Source: Podarcis pityusensis
Taxonomy: Eukaryota
DNA: 64,000 nucleotides
Strand: one strand, 5' to 3'
Assembly: GCA_964106645.2 (NCBI GenBank)
Contig: OZ067047.1
Part shown: positions 34,617 through 49,119 of the stretch, in pieces
Layout: the number at the start of each line of letters is the position of its first letter
How positions within the stretch are numbered: the first letter of the stretch is position 1
Notes under the pieces: model-generated
Seen by the model: the letters and a program-made list of their open reading frames with translations, nothing else
The model's database searches: none
Told to the model about the DNA's origin: nothing
Position numbers and translations under genes: made by a program

Positions 34617-36582
34617 CCAAAAAAAGACTGAATAGCAATCAATAATTCATTCATCCAATTTATATCCTACCTTTCCTGCCGAAAAAGTCTAGGACTGCAG
34701 AAACAGCCATGATAAATCACAACTAAAAACAGTCAAAAACAGTTACAAGCATGTTAAATGCATTCTAAAAACCAGCTAAAGACGTTATTTCAGTCGGTGA
34801 CCTCAGGGTTGTCAAGAGCAGTTTTTCAGCCATCAAATGCCTGGAGAAACAGGAATGTTTTTAGAGTGCTGAAAATCAGTAATGAAGGAGACAGACACAC
34901 CTCACTAGGGAGAGCATTCCACAAACACCCCTGTCCCTAGGTTTAAAATTTGAAAGACACAACACAAAAGGAAAAAGGATTGGGCAGGAGGAGGAAATAA
35001 ACAAAACTCAGAACTAGTTCTTAGATATGGAGTTCTTTTGACTAGCTGGAAGGGAAACTGCTGAAGGAGAGGAACGGCCAAAAGTTGCTGATTTTGCATC
35101 AGAGCCAGTAAAGTGGTCCTGCTTCCCTTCCCTTTGCTCTGCTGCAGTCTGACAGAATGGCAAGATGGAATTTGAGGAAGAAAAGCCTGCTGGAGACGGC
35201 TTCTCAGTGGAGCTGATGGAGCGGTCCTTTTTTCCGTATGCTTCAGGCTGATGGAATGGCAGGCTAGGAAACTGCCTAATACCTGGGACCCAGGAACTGT
35301 TCTTCCACTATGGCCTGAGTGTTGCTCGTTTAGACAACTGATGTTACTGTGTCAGCTAAGAGGAGAACTCACTAGTTTGAACCTTTCCTCTGCCATGGGC
35401 GCATTAGGTGGCATTTGGCAAGCCATAGATTCCCAGATTCATAGATTCAATCTCATCTGCAGTATGAACAGAATAATAGCGGCCTACCTTACAGGGCTGT
35501 TCTAAGGCTTGCTGAGATTGAAGGATTTCAGAGTTTCGACATGAACCTATATGTAGGTGGAATACTACCCAGAGCAGAATATTATCTCAGCGCACGTTTA
35601 CTGCCAGCAGAGAGCACTGTTCAATAAAACGAGAGGTTCTTTCCCTACTGCCAGCCTTCAGTCGATGGCATTTCCTGCCCTAGTTAGTTCATGAAAGTCC
35701 AACAAGAGGGAAGCTCTCGAAACAGGCTCAAGGCACGGATGATCTGTAGAGAGGTATGGGGAAGAACATAGTGAGCAAAACCCAGTGTTTCTTGAGCCAC
35801 AATTGACCCTTTGTGAGGAGAACTTGGAAGATGTTCAGCCTCACAGGCAAGAAAGGAACATGGAGCAGTCTTGTTCTGAGTCACTGCCTTACACATTGCT
35901 TTGCCCAGTCTAGTTCTGTGTACTCTGAAGGGCAGTGGCTCTCTGGGGACCCAGACAGCGGTTTTCCTTAACTCTACTACCTGAGACCCCTTTGACTCAG
36001 GAGTAGCTAACCTGGGTCCCTCCAGAGGTTGCTGAGCTACAACTCCTCTCTGTCCTAGCCAACACCCCGTCATGGACAGTGTGGGTTGTAGTCCAGCAAC
36101 TTCTGAAGGACACAGATTTTCTCACCCATTTTATCTGGAACTGACACACTCTGTCCCACACAATCCCACGGGTTGTGCGCCTTCATAAGGGCCAGCTTTT
36201 ATCCTTTGGGTGGCACATTCTAGGCTAAAAAGCCAGAACTTTGCTCAGACTTTAGCACTGTTCATGTTAAAAGGAGGAGCACGCTGGGTTCAAGCACACA
36301 CTTGTCATGTAATCCTTCGCAGAGCAGAAGTGCGACCGTCTAACCCTAGGAAGTTCCACCACATAACCCCTGCATTGCTCTTTGCTGCTATTCTGTGCTG
36401 ATGTTTTGCTGTTGGGTGTTCTTGTGCTTTCATTTTATGATTTTAACGTAAACTGTACTTGTTTAATTGTCACTTTTTTTTGTAATCCGCTCCTGGACCG
36501 TTTCAAGGAAGGTGGGCTTATAAGTACAAACACCTAGTAAATAAATAACCGCCTACTCACCTCTCTCTTTCTTGGCGGACAG

Positions 36583-36697
36583 AGAAAGACTGGACAGATG
36601 AGGACCGTGTGAGGGAGAAGGTGCTGATGCAAGAACTGGTGACCATTATTGAGCAGCGGAACGCCATTGTCAATTGCTTGGATGAGGACCGGCAAAG
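36583..36697 (+). CDS. MICALL1: MICALL1 coding exon 14
   Basis: gacag| (E)[37 protein letters not shown] |gtagca. Confidence 0.94.
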
Positions 36698-37202
36698 GTA
36701 GCAGAAGGGGAAGTGGTTGGAAATGGCCTGCCTACTTCTAAATAGTAGGGCTGGGGTGACTGTAAAGATGGCTGTAGTTGCATGGCCCCAAATGCCATTT
36801 TTATAGTGAACATCTTCCCTAGACAAGACACAAGAGCTTTGTCCAAGGGAGCAGGTGCTAGGAGCTTGCCCAAAGATGTGGTGCATTTGGGATCTGAAAG
36901 AATGGCTTTCCAACTTGGGCCAAGGATGGTGAACCTGTGGCCTGTCAGTTGTTTCTGGACTACAGCTCCCATCATCCCTGACCATTGGCCATGGTGGCTG
37001 GGACTGATGGGAGTTGGAGCCCAAAAGCTTCTAGGGGAGGGCCATAGAGCCCTATCCCCCAGCATAGAAACTATTGGCTGGGCAGGATTGGGAGAAGAGC
37101 AGCTTCTTGTGTTCTATGGCATAATGACATCTTTTTAGAAGCTTCACTTCAACTGTTCTGGCAAAGACCGAATCTTACTATTCCTTCTCCTTGTTTTACC
37201 AG

Positions 37203-37249
37203 GGAAGAAGAAGAGGACAAAATGCTGGAAGCCATGATTAAAAAGAAAG
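37203..37249 (+). CDS. MICALL1: MICALL1 coding exon 15
   Basis: accag| EEEEDKMLEAMIKKK |gtaaga. Confidence 0.94.
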
Positions 37250-38826
37250 GTAAGAGAGGTCCAGGAGTTAAGGCATTGGTTCCTGGAATATTCTTTATTA
37301 AAATATTTCTAACCCACCTTTCATTTAGATAGTTAAAACGACTGTTAACCAGGACACAATGTGCTTATGTGTCCTTTCCATACTGAACACACTAAAAGTA
37401 TGCACCCAAGCAATTTGAATTCTGCTCCAAGGAAAGCTGAATTGTATGACTTAAATGCAAAATTAAGTAAATTTGCATAATTTTTCTTTTTTTTTTTGTA
37501 ATCCTGCTGATCACTCAGGAAAGTAGCCTTCTGCTTGCAGATGCAGTAGGGGCAGGAAGCCAAGGTGGGGGGGATTTGGGACGGAAAGGATGTCAAATGC
37601 TCCTCTGCTTTCTCCCCAAACTGCCTTTGGCCATGGGTGGTGCATGCATGTTTCCTCTGTTGTTGGGGAATATCGCTCCCAGCACAGGGCAGCACATAAT
37701 CCCTATAGCCCAGGTCTTGTTCTTCATCTTGGAAGCAGTTGCAATACAGAAGGAGGAAGCTCTGAGACATTGCACCTAAATCTGAATCCTTCCCTCTTAA
37801 TAGTTGCCTGGGGGGCAAAGGGAATCTAAGTTTTCCCTTCCCTTCTGCAGCAGCTATTTTAGAGGAAGAATGAAAGCCATGGAAATTCTTTCATGGATGC
37901 ATGCTTGTTTTTGCTAATTTGCTAATTTAGTCTGGTTTTGCTAGCCACAGGGCAGGGCAATAAACTATGCAAGGCACTGAAAGCCCTGCCCCCAAACATA
38001 GGAAATTCAGTCTCCTTTATGGCTTCTGAGATTTTAACTCTGCATTTTCAAGCCTTTTCTTCACATCCAAAAAGGCTAGAAACCTTTTTCTGTCCTCCTG
38101 GTTTCTTTTTTCTTTTAATCAGGAAACCAAATTCAGTGACTTAAGAAAACATTACGGGTTTTTTCTGGACTCCTGCAGAATGGCAGGATATACACAGCTT
38201 TGGGATCAACCCCTGAACACCCAGGGATAATTCCAGCTTGAGACTGTATCTAATACAGTCATCTAATACACCCTTTAGGTGCCTATTTGTTTTGGCAAAC
38301 AGCAAGGGTCACAAATCTATTTAGTGGTTGCTATTCCTCCCTTTTTGCATTTTTCCACAGGTGATGATCCTCCTTTCTCAATTCCTTGCAGAATAATAAT
38401 TCCAGATTCTGTAAACAATGCTTGTCCTGACTTGACAATTGGCCTGTTGTATGAAGCATGCAAATAAGCAGATTTATGCTAATTTAGCTAATGTAATCCC
38501 TTGAGGCATTTGGATTTTCTGGTTACTGAATCTAATTTTAGTATAGAACTGTAGCATCCATGATGTTACAAGCATTTGCCAGGGTAGGCTTTGTTGCATG
38601 AAGATCCTGATATATATGGGAGGGCTTTAGCCCAGGTTCAGTCCCTGGCGTCTCCAAACAGTGTTGGCGTCTCCTGTCTGAAACCCTGGAGAGCTGCTGC
38701 CAGTGCTGAGCGCCTGTCTGACTCAGCTGAAAACAGTTTTTTACCTTCCTCCCTTGCCCAACCCCAAGTGCATTCCACAGAAAGTGATCACTGTACTTTC
38801 TCTCTCCCCCTCCCTCCTTTCTCCAG

Positions 38827-38948
38827 AATTTCATAAGGAGACCGAAGCTGAAAGCAAGAAGAGAGGGAAATTCAAGCCCATGAAAGTGTTGAAACTGCTT
38901 GGGAACAAACATGAGTCAAAGAGCAAGTCGCCCAAGGAGAAAAGCTAA
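38827..38948 (+). CDS. MICALL1: MICALL1 coding exon 16 (last)
   Basis: ctccag| (E)[39 protein letters not shown] (TAA 38946-38948). Confidence 0.95.
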
Positions 38949-40644
38949 AGCAGGAGGCAGCCAGAAGCGGGGAGGGACAAAATCGGTCCTGTTTGGCCGG
39001 CCACCTGGCAAATGGGGCTTCTGCCTCCTGCCCCTTCCCTGCCCTCCCGCCACCACCAATGCTGTGCCTCGCCATACACCAAAGCTGGCTTCCCTCGGAG
39101 AAATTCCGTCAGCTTCCATCAACAGAAGCTCCTTTGCCTAGTAAAAGGGGAGAGAGGTGGGGTAAGCCTAGTCAGCACTGAAATAGTTGGAGGGACAGAC
39201 TGGAGGAGGAAGCTACTTGTCTCTTCGGCTTCTGGGTAGGGGTGGGAAAGTGAAATAGCTTTAGGCTTCCTCGATTGTACGTGTGTACTTCTTATTACTG
39301 GTTCTGAGCAGTGCAGAATTTGGGTGTCTGTGGGAAACTTGCACTAATTGTCCCCCTCCCGTCTCTCAACTGTGATAGTCACATGTGCCTCGTACCCCTC
39401 TCCTTCGGGGAGGAGGAGACTTTCCATAGTAGTCCAGGGACGGGGACTCCTCTCCCCTGCTCCAAATCCCTTTTCTCATTAACCTGCTAGTCAGAAATCC
39501 CACTTGGGTCATTTGGAAAGGTTTTGGGCTTTTGGAGCACGGTTATTTTTTTGTTTTGGCTTAAAACTGTTAAACTGAGTATCATGGGAAACGCTTCCAT
39601 GCCATAAGGGCGGATAGAAACAGCCAAGAGCCTAACCAGTGGCCTATTTCTCGCCTGCTGCCAATGTGCTGCAAATGCCGAGTCTCTTGGAAACCGTTTT
39701 TAGCAATGCAGGGAGGAAAGCTTAACGGGATTGGATTTTCATGTACTTGGTAAGGTCTGAATCGGACACTCACTGGGCCTTTTCACCCTCTTGGTTGCTG
39801 CTGCTAAATTTCATCCATGGTGCTCTTCAAGGGACACAGTGGGCTGGGAAAGTGTCCAACGTTCCCCTCCACTGTGAGGGCATAAGATCTCATGCTGTAC
39901 TCGATGCCAACAAGGTTTCCTTTTTGCCTTGCTCACCAGTGCTACCCTTAGCCCATTTGGGAGGGATTCCAGCTGCTCCCCCCTCGGCTTGACATGTATA
40001 TACTTTCCTAAGAGTGCAAGAGGGCTCCTTTCTATACTGCTTCCTTAGCTTGAATTTCCACCTCTCCCTTCCAGCTTTGTTTTTATTTGTTTGCGTGTGT
40101 GTGTGTGTGTTTGCGTGTGTGCTGGGAGGGAAGGGGCCTTCCCACTTTCCTTTCTGCCTTCTCCTCCGAGTGGAGGAGCTATTTATTGAGATGTTTGTTT
40201 GGTCTGAGTTAAACACTGATAGTATTGTAGGTGTTGGTTAGTCAGCTGTTAGTCTTGGGTTCTTGTTAGCAGAGTAGACTACCAGCCCAGAGCAAATTGC
40301 TGTGCTGCCTTATCCAAATATGATGGAATGTTTGGCCAGTCCCTGGCTATGATGCTCAGCCTACGCTGTCCCAGAAGGGGATCTGAGTTCATCAGTGTTG
40401 CCAGCGCTGGTTTGGGGCCTTGTTATCAGTCCCCACAAGTGGGTGACAACCTCCTGCTGAATCCTGCTCTCCACAGAAAGGCCACCCTGGGGTTTGATTC
40501 CAGAGCACAACATTCCCCTCTAAAACGAAACTGTTACAAAATGCCACCAGAGACGCTCCCATCACAAATCCCCCTAGCCCTGATGGACAGAATTACACTG
40601 TATTAACCACAATCTCCACTTACATGCAGGGAACAAACAAATGA

Positions 40645-40650
40645 AATAAA
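40645..40650 (+). terminator. Likely MICALL1 polyadenylation signal AATAAA
   Basis: AATAAA ~1.7 kb after the stop codon, followed by a GT/T-rich downstream element (tgttggtgtttattt). Confidence 0.7.
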
Positions 40651-40678
40651 ACTATTGTATTTAGCAACAGTGTTGGTG

Positions 40679-40684
40679 TTTATT
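40679..40684 (-). terminator. Likely C22orf23 polyadenylation signal AATAAA (TTTATT on +)
   Basis: First clear minus-strand AATAAA I could find downstream of the C22orf23 stop; T/GT-rich sequence follows on the minus strand. Confidence 0.55.
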
Positions 40685-41760
40685 TCTCCGTTTTGAATCA
40701 CAGTAGAAACAAAACAGACCCTCTCTTATAAAGGTAGTCCCAGGGCATATAAAACAGAGAAGTCTCAGGTATATATTTCATACCAGTCTTGTTTTTAAAA
40801 ATAATAATAATCTGAGAAGAGTATATGAGGGGTAAACTAGCCTTGAGGGGGCAGCTGTATTTTGTATTCACACTTCTGCCCCACAACTAAACTGGAGTGG
40901 GTGTTCTTTTTACAATAAGAGGTAAGGGGAGCTGGTTGCCTCCTCTCTCCCCAATTTACCTCTTTCCACTCTTGTCACTTCAGGCATTTGCCCGGGTTCC
41001 AATACCAACCATGAGCTAAACAGCCAGAAAATGTTTCAAGTGACAGAGCACAGTGAGTTAAAGCAAATAAGAGATCAGTCCTCCTTGGCCCCAGCTTTAG
41101 TCATGAATGGGGTAGGCCTGTGACTAAACAAACATGGGTGCCCTCTGTTATATCTAGGTTGGTCCTGACATGTTCCTACATGCTCCCAATCTCATTGAGG
41201 TAGACATAAAATTAAAAACAAGTCCTCACAGTGTTCTTACTAGCTCTGAAGCAGCAGGCAACATTATTTGTCAGGTATAATTGTACACAAGATTGTAAGA
41301 GACTTTCAGCTTTCACAGGAAAACGTGTGAAAAGTAAAGGATATGAGTTTAGACAGAAGCTTTTGACCAAAACACTTCCTATAATAGGCTGTTGTGATTT
41401 TAAGAAGCAGAAGCACAACCTTCTAGAAAACTGCATACTGTTATGTTTCACATTGAGACTAGATAGGTGTGTGGAAGTTCTACCCCTTGCTGGTCTGTTT
41501 AAAGAGGAAATGCCCATTCATGCCTTTTACTGTAGCCAGGCATTAATCCTATGGCTACTTTTAAACCACACCCTCGAAAAGGCCTCTTGCTGTTAAAGGC
41601 TATGAAAATAGAATGTTTTGAGTTCCTGCAAAAACAAAGCCCCTGGGGGCACGGAAACTTCCATTTGCCACTTATGGGCTAAGAGCCATTTCTGAAACTC
41701 TTGTGGAAAGTCTAGTTCTGGCACCCTTGTACAATAATCATGTTCTGGAGTGGGAAAGGA

Positions 41761-41883
41761 CTACTGGTCTTCTTGACTTGTGCAATCAGGGTCAGGTTTG
41801 TTGCCTATATTGAAGGATTTAGCCATCGCCTCTTTCAGTTCTGCACTTCTCTGTTTGTCGATGATCTCCATCTCTCGAACCTT
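41761..41883 (-). CDS. C22orf23: C22orf23 coding exon 6 (last)
   Basis: ttgcag| KVREMEIIDKQRSAELKEAMAKSFNIGNKPDPDCTSQEDQ* (TAG). Confidence 0.92.
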   Translation of the reverse strand, partial: KVREMEIIDKQRSAELKEAMAKSFNIGNKPDPDCTSQEDQ

Positions 41884-42046
41884 CTGCAAAAAGCAGGGGA
41901 AGGGGAGGCAGTGAGTATTCCAGACACTTTCATCACAAAATTACATGCAACAAGTGTCAGAGATTTACTCCCACACCTGTAGCATTTTTTTTAAGGCTCT
42001 TCATGTCTTTCATATACCTGGCGGTCAATCTTTCCCCACCTTCTCA

Positions 42047-42349
<303 letters not shown>

Positions 42350-43791
42350 TTACTACACATATTGTATTCATTTTTAGTATGCTCTTTAAACTTGGAAAGG
42401 ACCATTGCTCTCTCGGAAAGAAAGCTTGATGACTGAATTGGTTTATTTACGTGTATGAAAAGGAAGTCTTCCCACAGTGCCTAATTAATTTATCGAATTT
42501 GCTTGCAATATAAAAGTGGCGGTCAGAGCAAATTTATGGATATCAACTTGCTGGCGTCCAATATACATCAACCCCAGGCAGCATGGCTCAAGGGCCAGGG
42601 AAGATGGGTGTGGTGCCCTCCAGATGTTTTGGACTACTCACTTGGCGAAGGCTGAGCTATAATAACTAAATGGGAACTCCAAATTCAGAGGAGCTGAGCA
42701 TATAAGTTCTATTTGCTGTGGTTGGAGGGCAACAAGTACAAGCCAGCAGTTGCTTGCCAGAACATTAGATTGGATGGCCCTTACGCTGATCCAGCAGGAA
42801 TCTTTCATCAGAGCATTAATATTCTGCCCTTCTAGTTTTGATACACCACACAGGGGTGCCTTAATATACATTAAAAATACAATCCTATTAAAAAATGGTA
42901 TAAAACAATTACTAAAAAAATGGTATACAATTACAAATATTGTAAACATACTGTTCTAAAAATTTAAAATAACATTTTGTTTCCTTTTATTTTTATTTAT
43001 AAAAGTATTTAATTTTATACCATCCTCTCACCAATCATCAGAGCAGTGTACAGCCCTGTTTATGAAATGACTTTTGCCTGATCACCACCAATCAACATAT
43101 TTGAATGCGGAGGAAAATAGGCATAGCTTTCCCAACTTGCATGTATATATATCACCTACTCAGCATGTTTTCCAAATCAAATATGAGAATATTCCCCTAC
43201 ACCATTGGCAGATGCTTTTCAGAATGAGCTCAACTCAAGGTTTTTGATGCCCCAGCTGTCACTGGCACTGTGAAGGCGTTCCCATGCAAATAGGATGCAC
43301 CTCTGGGGCTCCTAAACTAATGGGAGTCTGCAGTGTGAATTCACTTTACACAGAGGACACAAGCCCACAATACGTGTGCTGTTTCTATTGTGGCAGGAGT
43401 TCATTTAACTAGGAAAACTAGGCTGCCTGCCTAGTCTGCTTGTATATTTGGACAGCTTTACTGAGTCAGGTCTGCACTGTATGTGCTCAGACACGAAACT
43501 AGCCCTTGTAACTCATTATACCCATCTTAAATATGTATTAATCTTGTATCAGACTGCTGTAGTGCCATCACGGGGAACAGAGGGCACTACTGACCATGTT
43601 TATAGGGTGGAATTTGTCCTGCACTCTATAGTTCCTACTTAGTGAGGTAACCTTCTTTGACAAGACACAATAAGGGAGATTTCTTTACTTAGGGCTCTCC
43701 CTGAACCCAAGAATACAACCCTTACTTTCCTCTGACCAGTTCCTATGCTTCAGTATGGGAGAGCAGCCTCCCTACCATACATAGAGCATCA

Positions 43792-44016
<225 letters not shown>

Positions 44017-44802
44017 CTATTGCAAGCTCTTCAGGCAGTTTCTGTGCTAGATATTCAGAGTTCCTACAAAGGTGTCTGCATAGGAGACTTATCAAAATCA
44101 GGCACCACAGACTGTAGGCTGCAGAGGCCATGCATCATGAAAATGACAAATATTTTGGGTAGAAGTTCTGACACAAATCAATCAGCAATGGTAATATGAA
44201 ACAACCTGAACACAGCAAGGTATGGCAGGCACCAAAACTGGTAAGAGGAGGGCAGAGGTTGCAACACAATCCTATTCATATTTACTTGGCAGTAAGTCCC
44301 ACTATGTTCAACAGGGCTTGCTCCCAGGTAAACATGCATAAGGCTTGTAGCCTTAGTAATGGAAACTAGATTCTATTAAGCTTTTCAGAGGAAAGGTGTG
44401 AAAACTGGTTTAACACCTGGAAAATTTCAGTGTGTGGTCTAAAAATTCTGCTGAGCTTTCACAAACAGGAACTTTCATAAACGTTACTGCAAAGAAAACT
44501 TGTGAGCTACTGCACTGCAGTGGCTAGGAGCTGGAAGCCAGGAATTTCCCAGTTCAAATCCTGCCCTTAACCATAAACTTATTGGTGGCCCTAGGCAAGT
44601 CACTTATCCATCCGCTTCAGCACAAACACACCCACCCATTGCACATGGAAGGACTGTTAATGCTGACCTGACAGGGCTGTTGTGAAGAGCGCTAAATCCA
44701 TTTTACATTCTGAAGTGCTACATAAATGCAAAATGTTGTCAGGGTTACTTAACTCCCATTTCAAAATTAGTCCCCTGGGAATGTTATCATTTGCTTCCTT
44801 AC

Positions 44803-44988
44803 GGGTGGCCTGGGGCCTGAATTGCTCCCGGATGTATGCATCGCCTGCCCGGCACATCTCAGCAGGCCGGAGACGAGGTCTTCCATATGGACTGATGGAC
44901 AAAAAAGCCTTTGGTGGTGAGACAGGCTTGGAAAGCTCTGGTTCCTTGCTGGATGTTGGGCTGCATTTATCAGGAAGGGAGTCACCTC
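44803..44988 (-). CDS. C22orf23: C22orf23 coding exon 3
   Basis: ccttag| (R)GDSLPDKCSPTSS...EQFRPQAT |gtaagg. Confidence 0.93.
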
Positions 44989-45583
44989 CTAAGGAAGGAA
45001 AGACCAAGAGCAGAAGATCAAGGAAGTAGATCTTGTGACTTACTGACAGAAGCAAGTGACTGTAACCCTGAGGCTTCAAAGGTATACCTGGTAAAAACCA
45101 AGCATTTCAAGAGCTCAGATTTGAACCAAAGGCCTAACACAGCCAAGCAGATGCACAGTGCTCTACTCACAACCTCTCAGCAGTGGCTCTGGCAATTGGT
45201 TTGGCTGCAAATGCATGGTGCAGCATGGTAGATGACATTTAACGTTCAGAATCTTTTGATTCTCAGCTTTTAATAAAAACTACCCAAATCTAGTTTTACA
45301 AATCTAGTTTTACAGTATATACAGTGACCAGAACAATAAAACAGCCTTTATTATGTCCCTACTGGATAGAACTAGTATCTGTTAGGGAATCATCCATGAC
45401 TCATTTCCACTTACATTCTGTTTAGCTGCTTGAGTCAATGCTAATTTCCTTTCCAAAGGGATGATTTGTTTGTTTGTACATGGATAACATGAATGTGACT
45501 AAACCGTATTTGGACTAGTAACAACCAACAACTCAGCAGCAATGCTAAGTGTAACGGCAAGGCTGAAATTAGACATAACTCAC

Positions 45584-45646
45584 GCTTTATGCAGTTTGTG
45601 AGATGACGTTGCTGGAAGTTGGTAAGTTTGGATTCTTGCATCATCA
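45584..45646 (-). CDS. C22orf23: C22orf23 coding exon 2
   Basis: tttcag| (V)MMQESKLTNFQQRHLTNCIK |gtgagt. Confidence 0.93.
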
Positions 45647-47312
45647 CTGAAAAACAGAAGCTATCTGTAAATATCATGGCCTGAAAATTCCTAGGACATC
45701 ATCACCTTCACAGGATTAGTTTTAACATAAACAGGAAGAGCAATGGTCCTACAGATTCTTAAAAGATCTTAGGTAACGTGTGTTTTTTTTGGGGGGGGGG
45801 TTAAAGTATATACAGCAAAATAACTACTTAAATCTTCAAATGTGTGATTCGCCATCAGCTCCCACTGATCTCAATAAGTGGAATTCTTGGGTGAAATGGT
45901 GATGACTATTTGAACTTTTCAAGAGACCCCCAAATGGAATAATTGATTTTCCCCATATTTCTGAAAAAGAATACAAATATTTAAATACCTTCTGAACCAC
46001 AGAAATCCAAAGGAAAGAGACACTTTTATGAGTTTGTACTGGATCTTTCATTTTAAAAAGTATTATTTAGAAAGGCCATTATACAGAAGCTTTTTTTTTT
46101 ATATAACACAAAATTGCAGATCAGTTTAGAATCTGTTTCCATTAAAACTTCAGTGGACAGCAGCAGTGAGAGAAACCCAATCTTTGCCGACATGGAGCTA
46201 ACTGCAGAGCATGGCATATGGGACACATGCACTTGTCCCCATGCGTTGGGAGCTTGGGCAGCTTATGGTAGTGTGCCAAAAGCTGCTTCCACTACATCAT
46301 GGCAGGTGTGGAAATCCTTCCTGGCACATGCTAGGCAAAGAAGGGACTTGATGTAGGTTTGTTTCTGTAGTCATCATTTATGAAATTGGTTCTGAAACTA
46401 GGCCTTTACTTTATAATCCCGATTTGCACTTTCAACACCATTAAAAATTATTTGTATTATGACGTAATATATTTTCTTTGGCTTGTGCTCTTAAGTGTAG
46501 ACTTGGATAAAGAGGGCTAAATCAGAAGTGTGAGAAGCCCACAAATTAGATAACTCTGAAATGCAAGTCCATTTTCTTGCACTTATACAATAAAACTCAT
46601 GCCATGTGGATTGTATTTTTAATCTTTGTTGGAAGCCGCCCAGAGTGGCTGGGGAAACCCAGTCAGATGGGCAGGGTATAAATAATAAATTATTATTATT
46701 ATTATTGGCTCAAAGAAAACCTGTAGCACGGTGGTAGTATGCATGATGTCAGCCCCTTGTTTGTCCAAGCAGTCTGGGTAAGACTCCTGCCTGAAACCCT
46801 GCAGAGCAGTTGCCAGTCAGCATAGAGCAGTGGTGGGGCATCTGTGGCCCTCTAGATGCTGTTGGGCTCCAATTCCCATCAGGCCCAACCAGCATTGACA
46901 ATAAACAGGAATGGTGGGAGTTCAGTAACATCTGGAGAGCCCCAGATTCTCACCCGGCATACAATCTTTGCAGACAATACTGACTGAGATGACTCAATGA
47001 TCTGACCTGGTAGAAAGCACCTTTCAGTGTTCATGTAACTGCAGAGACTTTGCTGTATCTGCACTTGCTGTTGCCCGAGGTGTAGACAGGCCGCAAAAGA
47101 GGGGCGATGAGTGCTAGATGGACTGCAGACTGTGATAGTGAATGTGGATCTACAATCTCAAGGACCTATGTGCGTGGGAATGCATTCACACAGAAGATTA
47201 TACAGGGCAGCATGGCCAAATGATCTGGTGCATGAAGCAGGGTACAGAGTTGCTGGGCAAGGTCTACGAAAGCTCAGTCTTGTTCTAATATCTGCTTAAC
47301 AGCCTTAATTAC

Positions 47313-47418
47313 CTTTCAACAGTTTCTGTGTTTCCTGGCTATATTCAGTTACAATGGGAACATGCCAGAATCCAGAGCCTTTTGCCACAGCAGGTGTGGT
47401 CCTTTCTCGGGCAGCCAT
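47313..47418 (-). CDS. C22orf23: C22orf23 coding exon 1
   Basis: MAARERTTPAVAKGSGFWHVPIVTEYSQETQKLLK |gtaatt; acceptor tttaaag| at 47427-47428 just upstream of the ATG. Confidence 0.85.
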
Positions 47419-48079
47419 TGCAGCACCTTTAAAAGAAAGGTAGGGAAATGCATTTTCTGCATTGGTTAGAACTACAGCTCTAAGACATATTCCAACACCA
47501 AATATACTTTTTCAAATAAACATTGGTCAACATCAACAAATTTTACCCTTTCACTGTGCTGTCAGGTACTACTGAAAAAAAGATGGGGAGTGAAAATTAT
47601 ACTTTGAGAAGTTACAGGTAATGGTTTAAATGAATTCAGGATTTGATTGCCTTATATGCAGTCCAGTCCTATGCATATTTACTGGGTACTGGTTGCTAAT
47701 GTGCTTCCAGTCCATATTCATGGTGCTGGTTTTAACCTTGAAAACCCTTTGCATTCCATCATTGAAGGGGATGGGAACCTCAGTTGGTAGAAGCAGATTT
47801 TTTACAGCATTTGCTCTCATCCTGAATAATGATATCAGACCTGAAAAGCTGCAAATCTTTGGCTCTTTCAAATGGCTTTTGGTTTGGGTGGACAGGAGGC
47901 AAATTACAAAAAGCAGCTGATGCTGTTACAGTTCTGGGGTTTTTTTTTAGAACTGTGTTTGAGATGCTATTTTAAATATTGATTAATTTATTATATGCCT
48001 CTCTTATGAATAAAAACACATAATAACTCAGAAATCAGCCCTTCAGACTTCAGTGGGGCTTAGTACCAAGTAAGATCTA

Positions 48080-48490
48080 AAGGGTTGTCACACAGATTGA
48101 GAAAACTTGTTTTCTCCTGCTCTGGAGGGTAGGACTCAAGCCAATAGATTCAAGTTACAAGAACAGATATTCTGACCAGTGTTACAAAATGAGATATGAA
48201 AGCTAGGAGCTAAATGGCACCTTAAACCTAGGGGCACCACAATGGAGTGTCTAGACACACTTTTTAATAAGAATACAAAGCGCCTAGAACAATGGGAGTT
48301 TCGAACGCTGATTCCGACTAAACATCAGGAAGAACATTATGACAGTAAGAGCTGTTCAACAGTGGAATGAACTCCCTCAGAAAGCGGTGAACTCTCTTTC
48401 ATTGGAGGTTTTTAAGCAGGATGGTCATCTGTCATGTGATGGAGGGCTGAACTAGCGGATTCTTTGGTCTCTCCAGCTCTATGATTCTAG
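48080..48490 (+). mobile_element. Old CR1 LINE 3' fragment interrupted by a hAT-type MITE
   Basis: Diverged version of the CR1 at 1334-1844 (gacagtaagagctgttcaacagtggaa, tttaagcag, ctatgattct). Confidence 0.8.
48177..48310. mobile_element. hAT-type MITE nested in CR1
   Basis: 8-bp TSD ATTCTGAC/ATTCCGAC; imperfect CAG-starting TIRs; the CR1 sequence resumes colinearly after it. Confidence 0.7.
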
Positions 48491-49119
48491 GAAGCCAAAT
48501 ATTTCAGGTATTATTGCAACATATGAGTTTCTCATGCTGAGGCTGTATACACACCATATATTTAAAGCCGACATGCCTACCCCCCCCCCCACAAAAAATA
48601 CTGGGAACTGTAGTTTGTTAATGGTGCTGGAACTACAGCTCAGTGATGGCTAAACTACAGTTGTGGTGCTTTGGGGCGGGGGGGGGGAGGCACTCAGCCA
48701 GAATTTCTCACAAGACCAATTTAAAGACAAAAATGATATCTCTATTATTTTATTTTATTAAATTTGTATACCGCCCTTCATCCGTAGATCTCAGGGCAGT
48801 TCCCGGTATAAAAATACAAGATAAGAACACGTTTCATAAACAATAAAATACAAACAAAGCAGCAATCCCATAAGGGAACACACAGCCCCTCGTGCATGTT
48901 GCTACAACAATCCGCGCGCATTTCTTATTCCCGACTGGTTCTAGGGGGCATTTTGGCATCGCTCGTGATGCCACGGAGCAGCTTGTTGCCTCGCAAACAA
49001 CGGAGGGACAGTCTTCTTCCGCCTTACATATACCGTGGACGCCCCAATTCCACCCTTTTACCTTTAAAAGAAAAAAGTTCCCTCATAGGATCTTAATTGT
49101 TCCCTTCATTTGTAAGGGT

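Larger units (their letters stand above)
4558..38948 (+). other. MICALL1: MICAL-like protein 1 gene span (start to stop; 16 coding exons, 2814 nt CDS, ~937 aa; CH domain, LIM domain, Pro-rich region with two NPF motifs, C-terminal bMERB/Rab-binding coiled coil)
   Basis: Exons assembled by hand at GT-AG boundaries. All intron phases are consistent and there is no internal stop. Peptides such as [64 protein letters not shown] and [18 protein letters not shown] are diagnostic. Synteny with C22orf23 and POLR2F. Confidence 0.96.
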
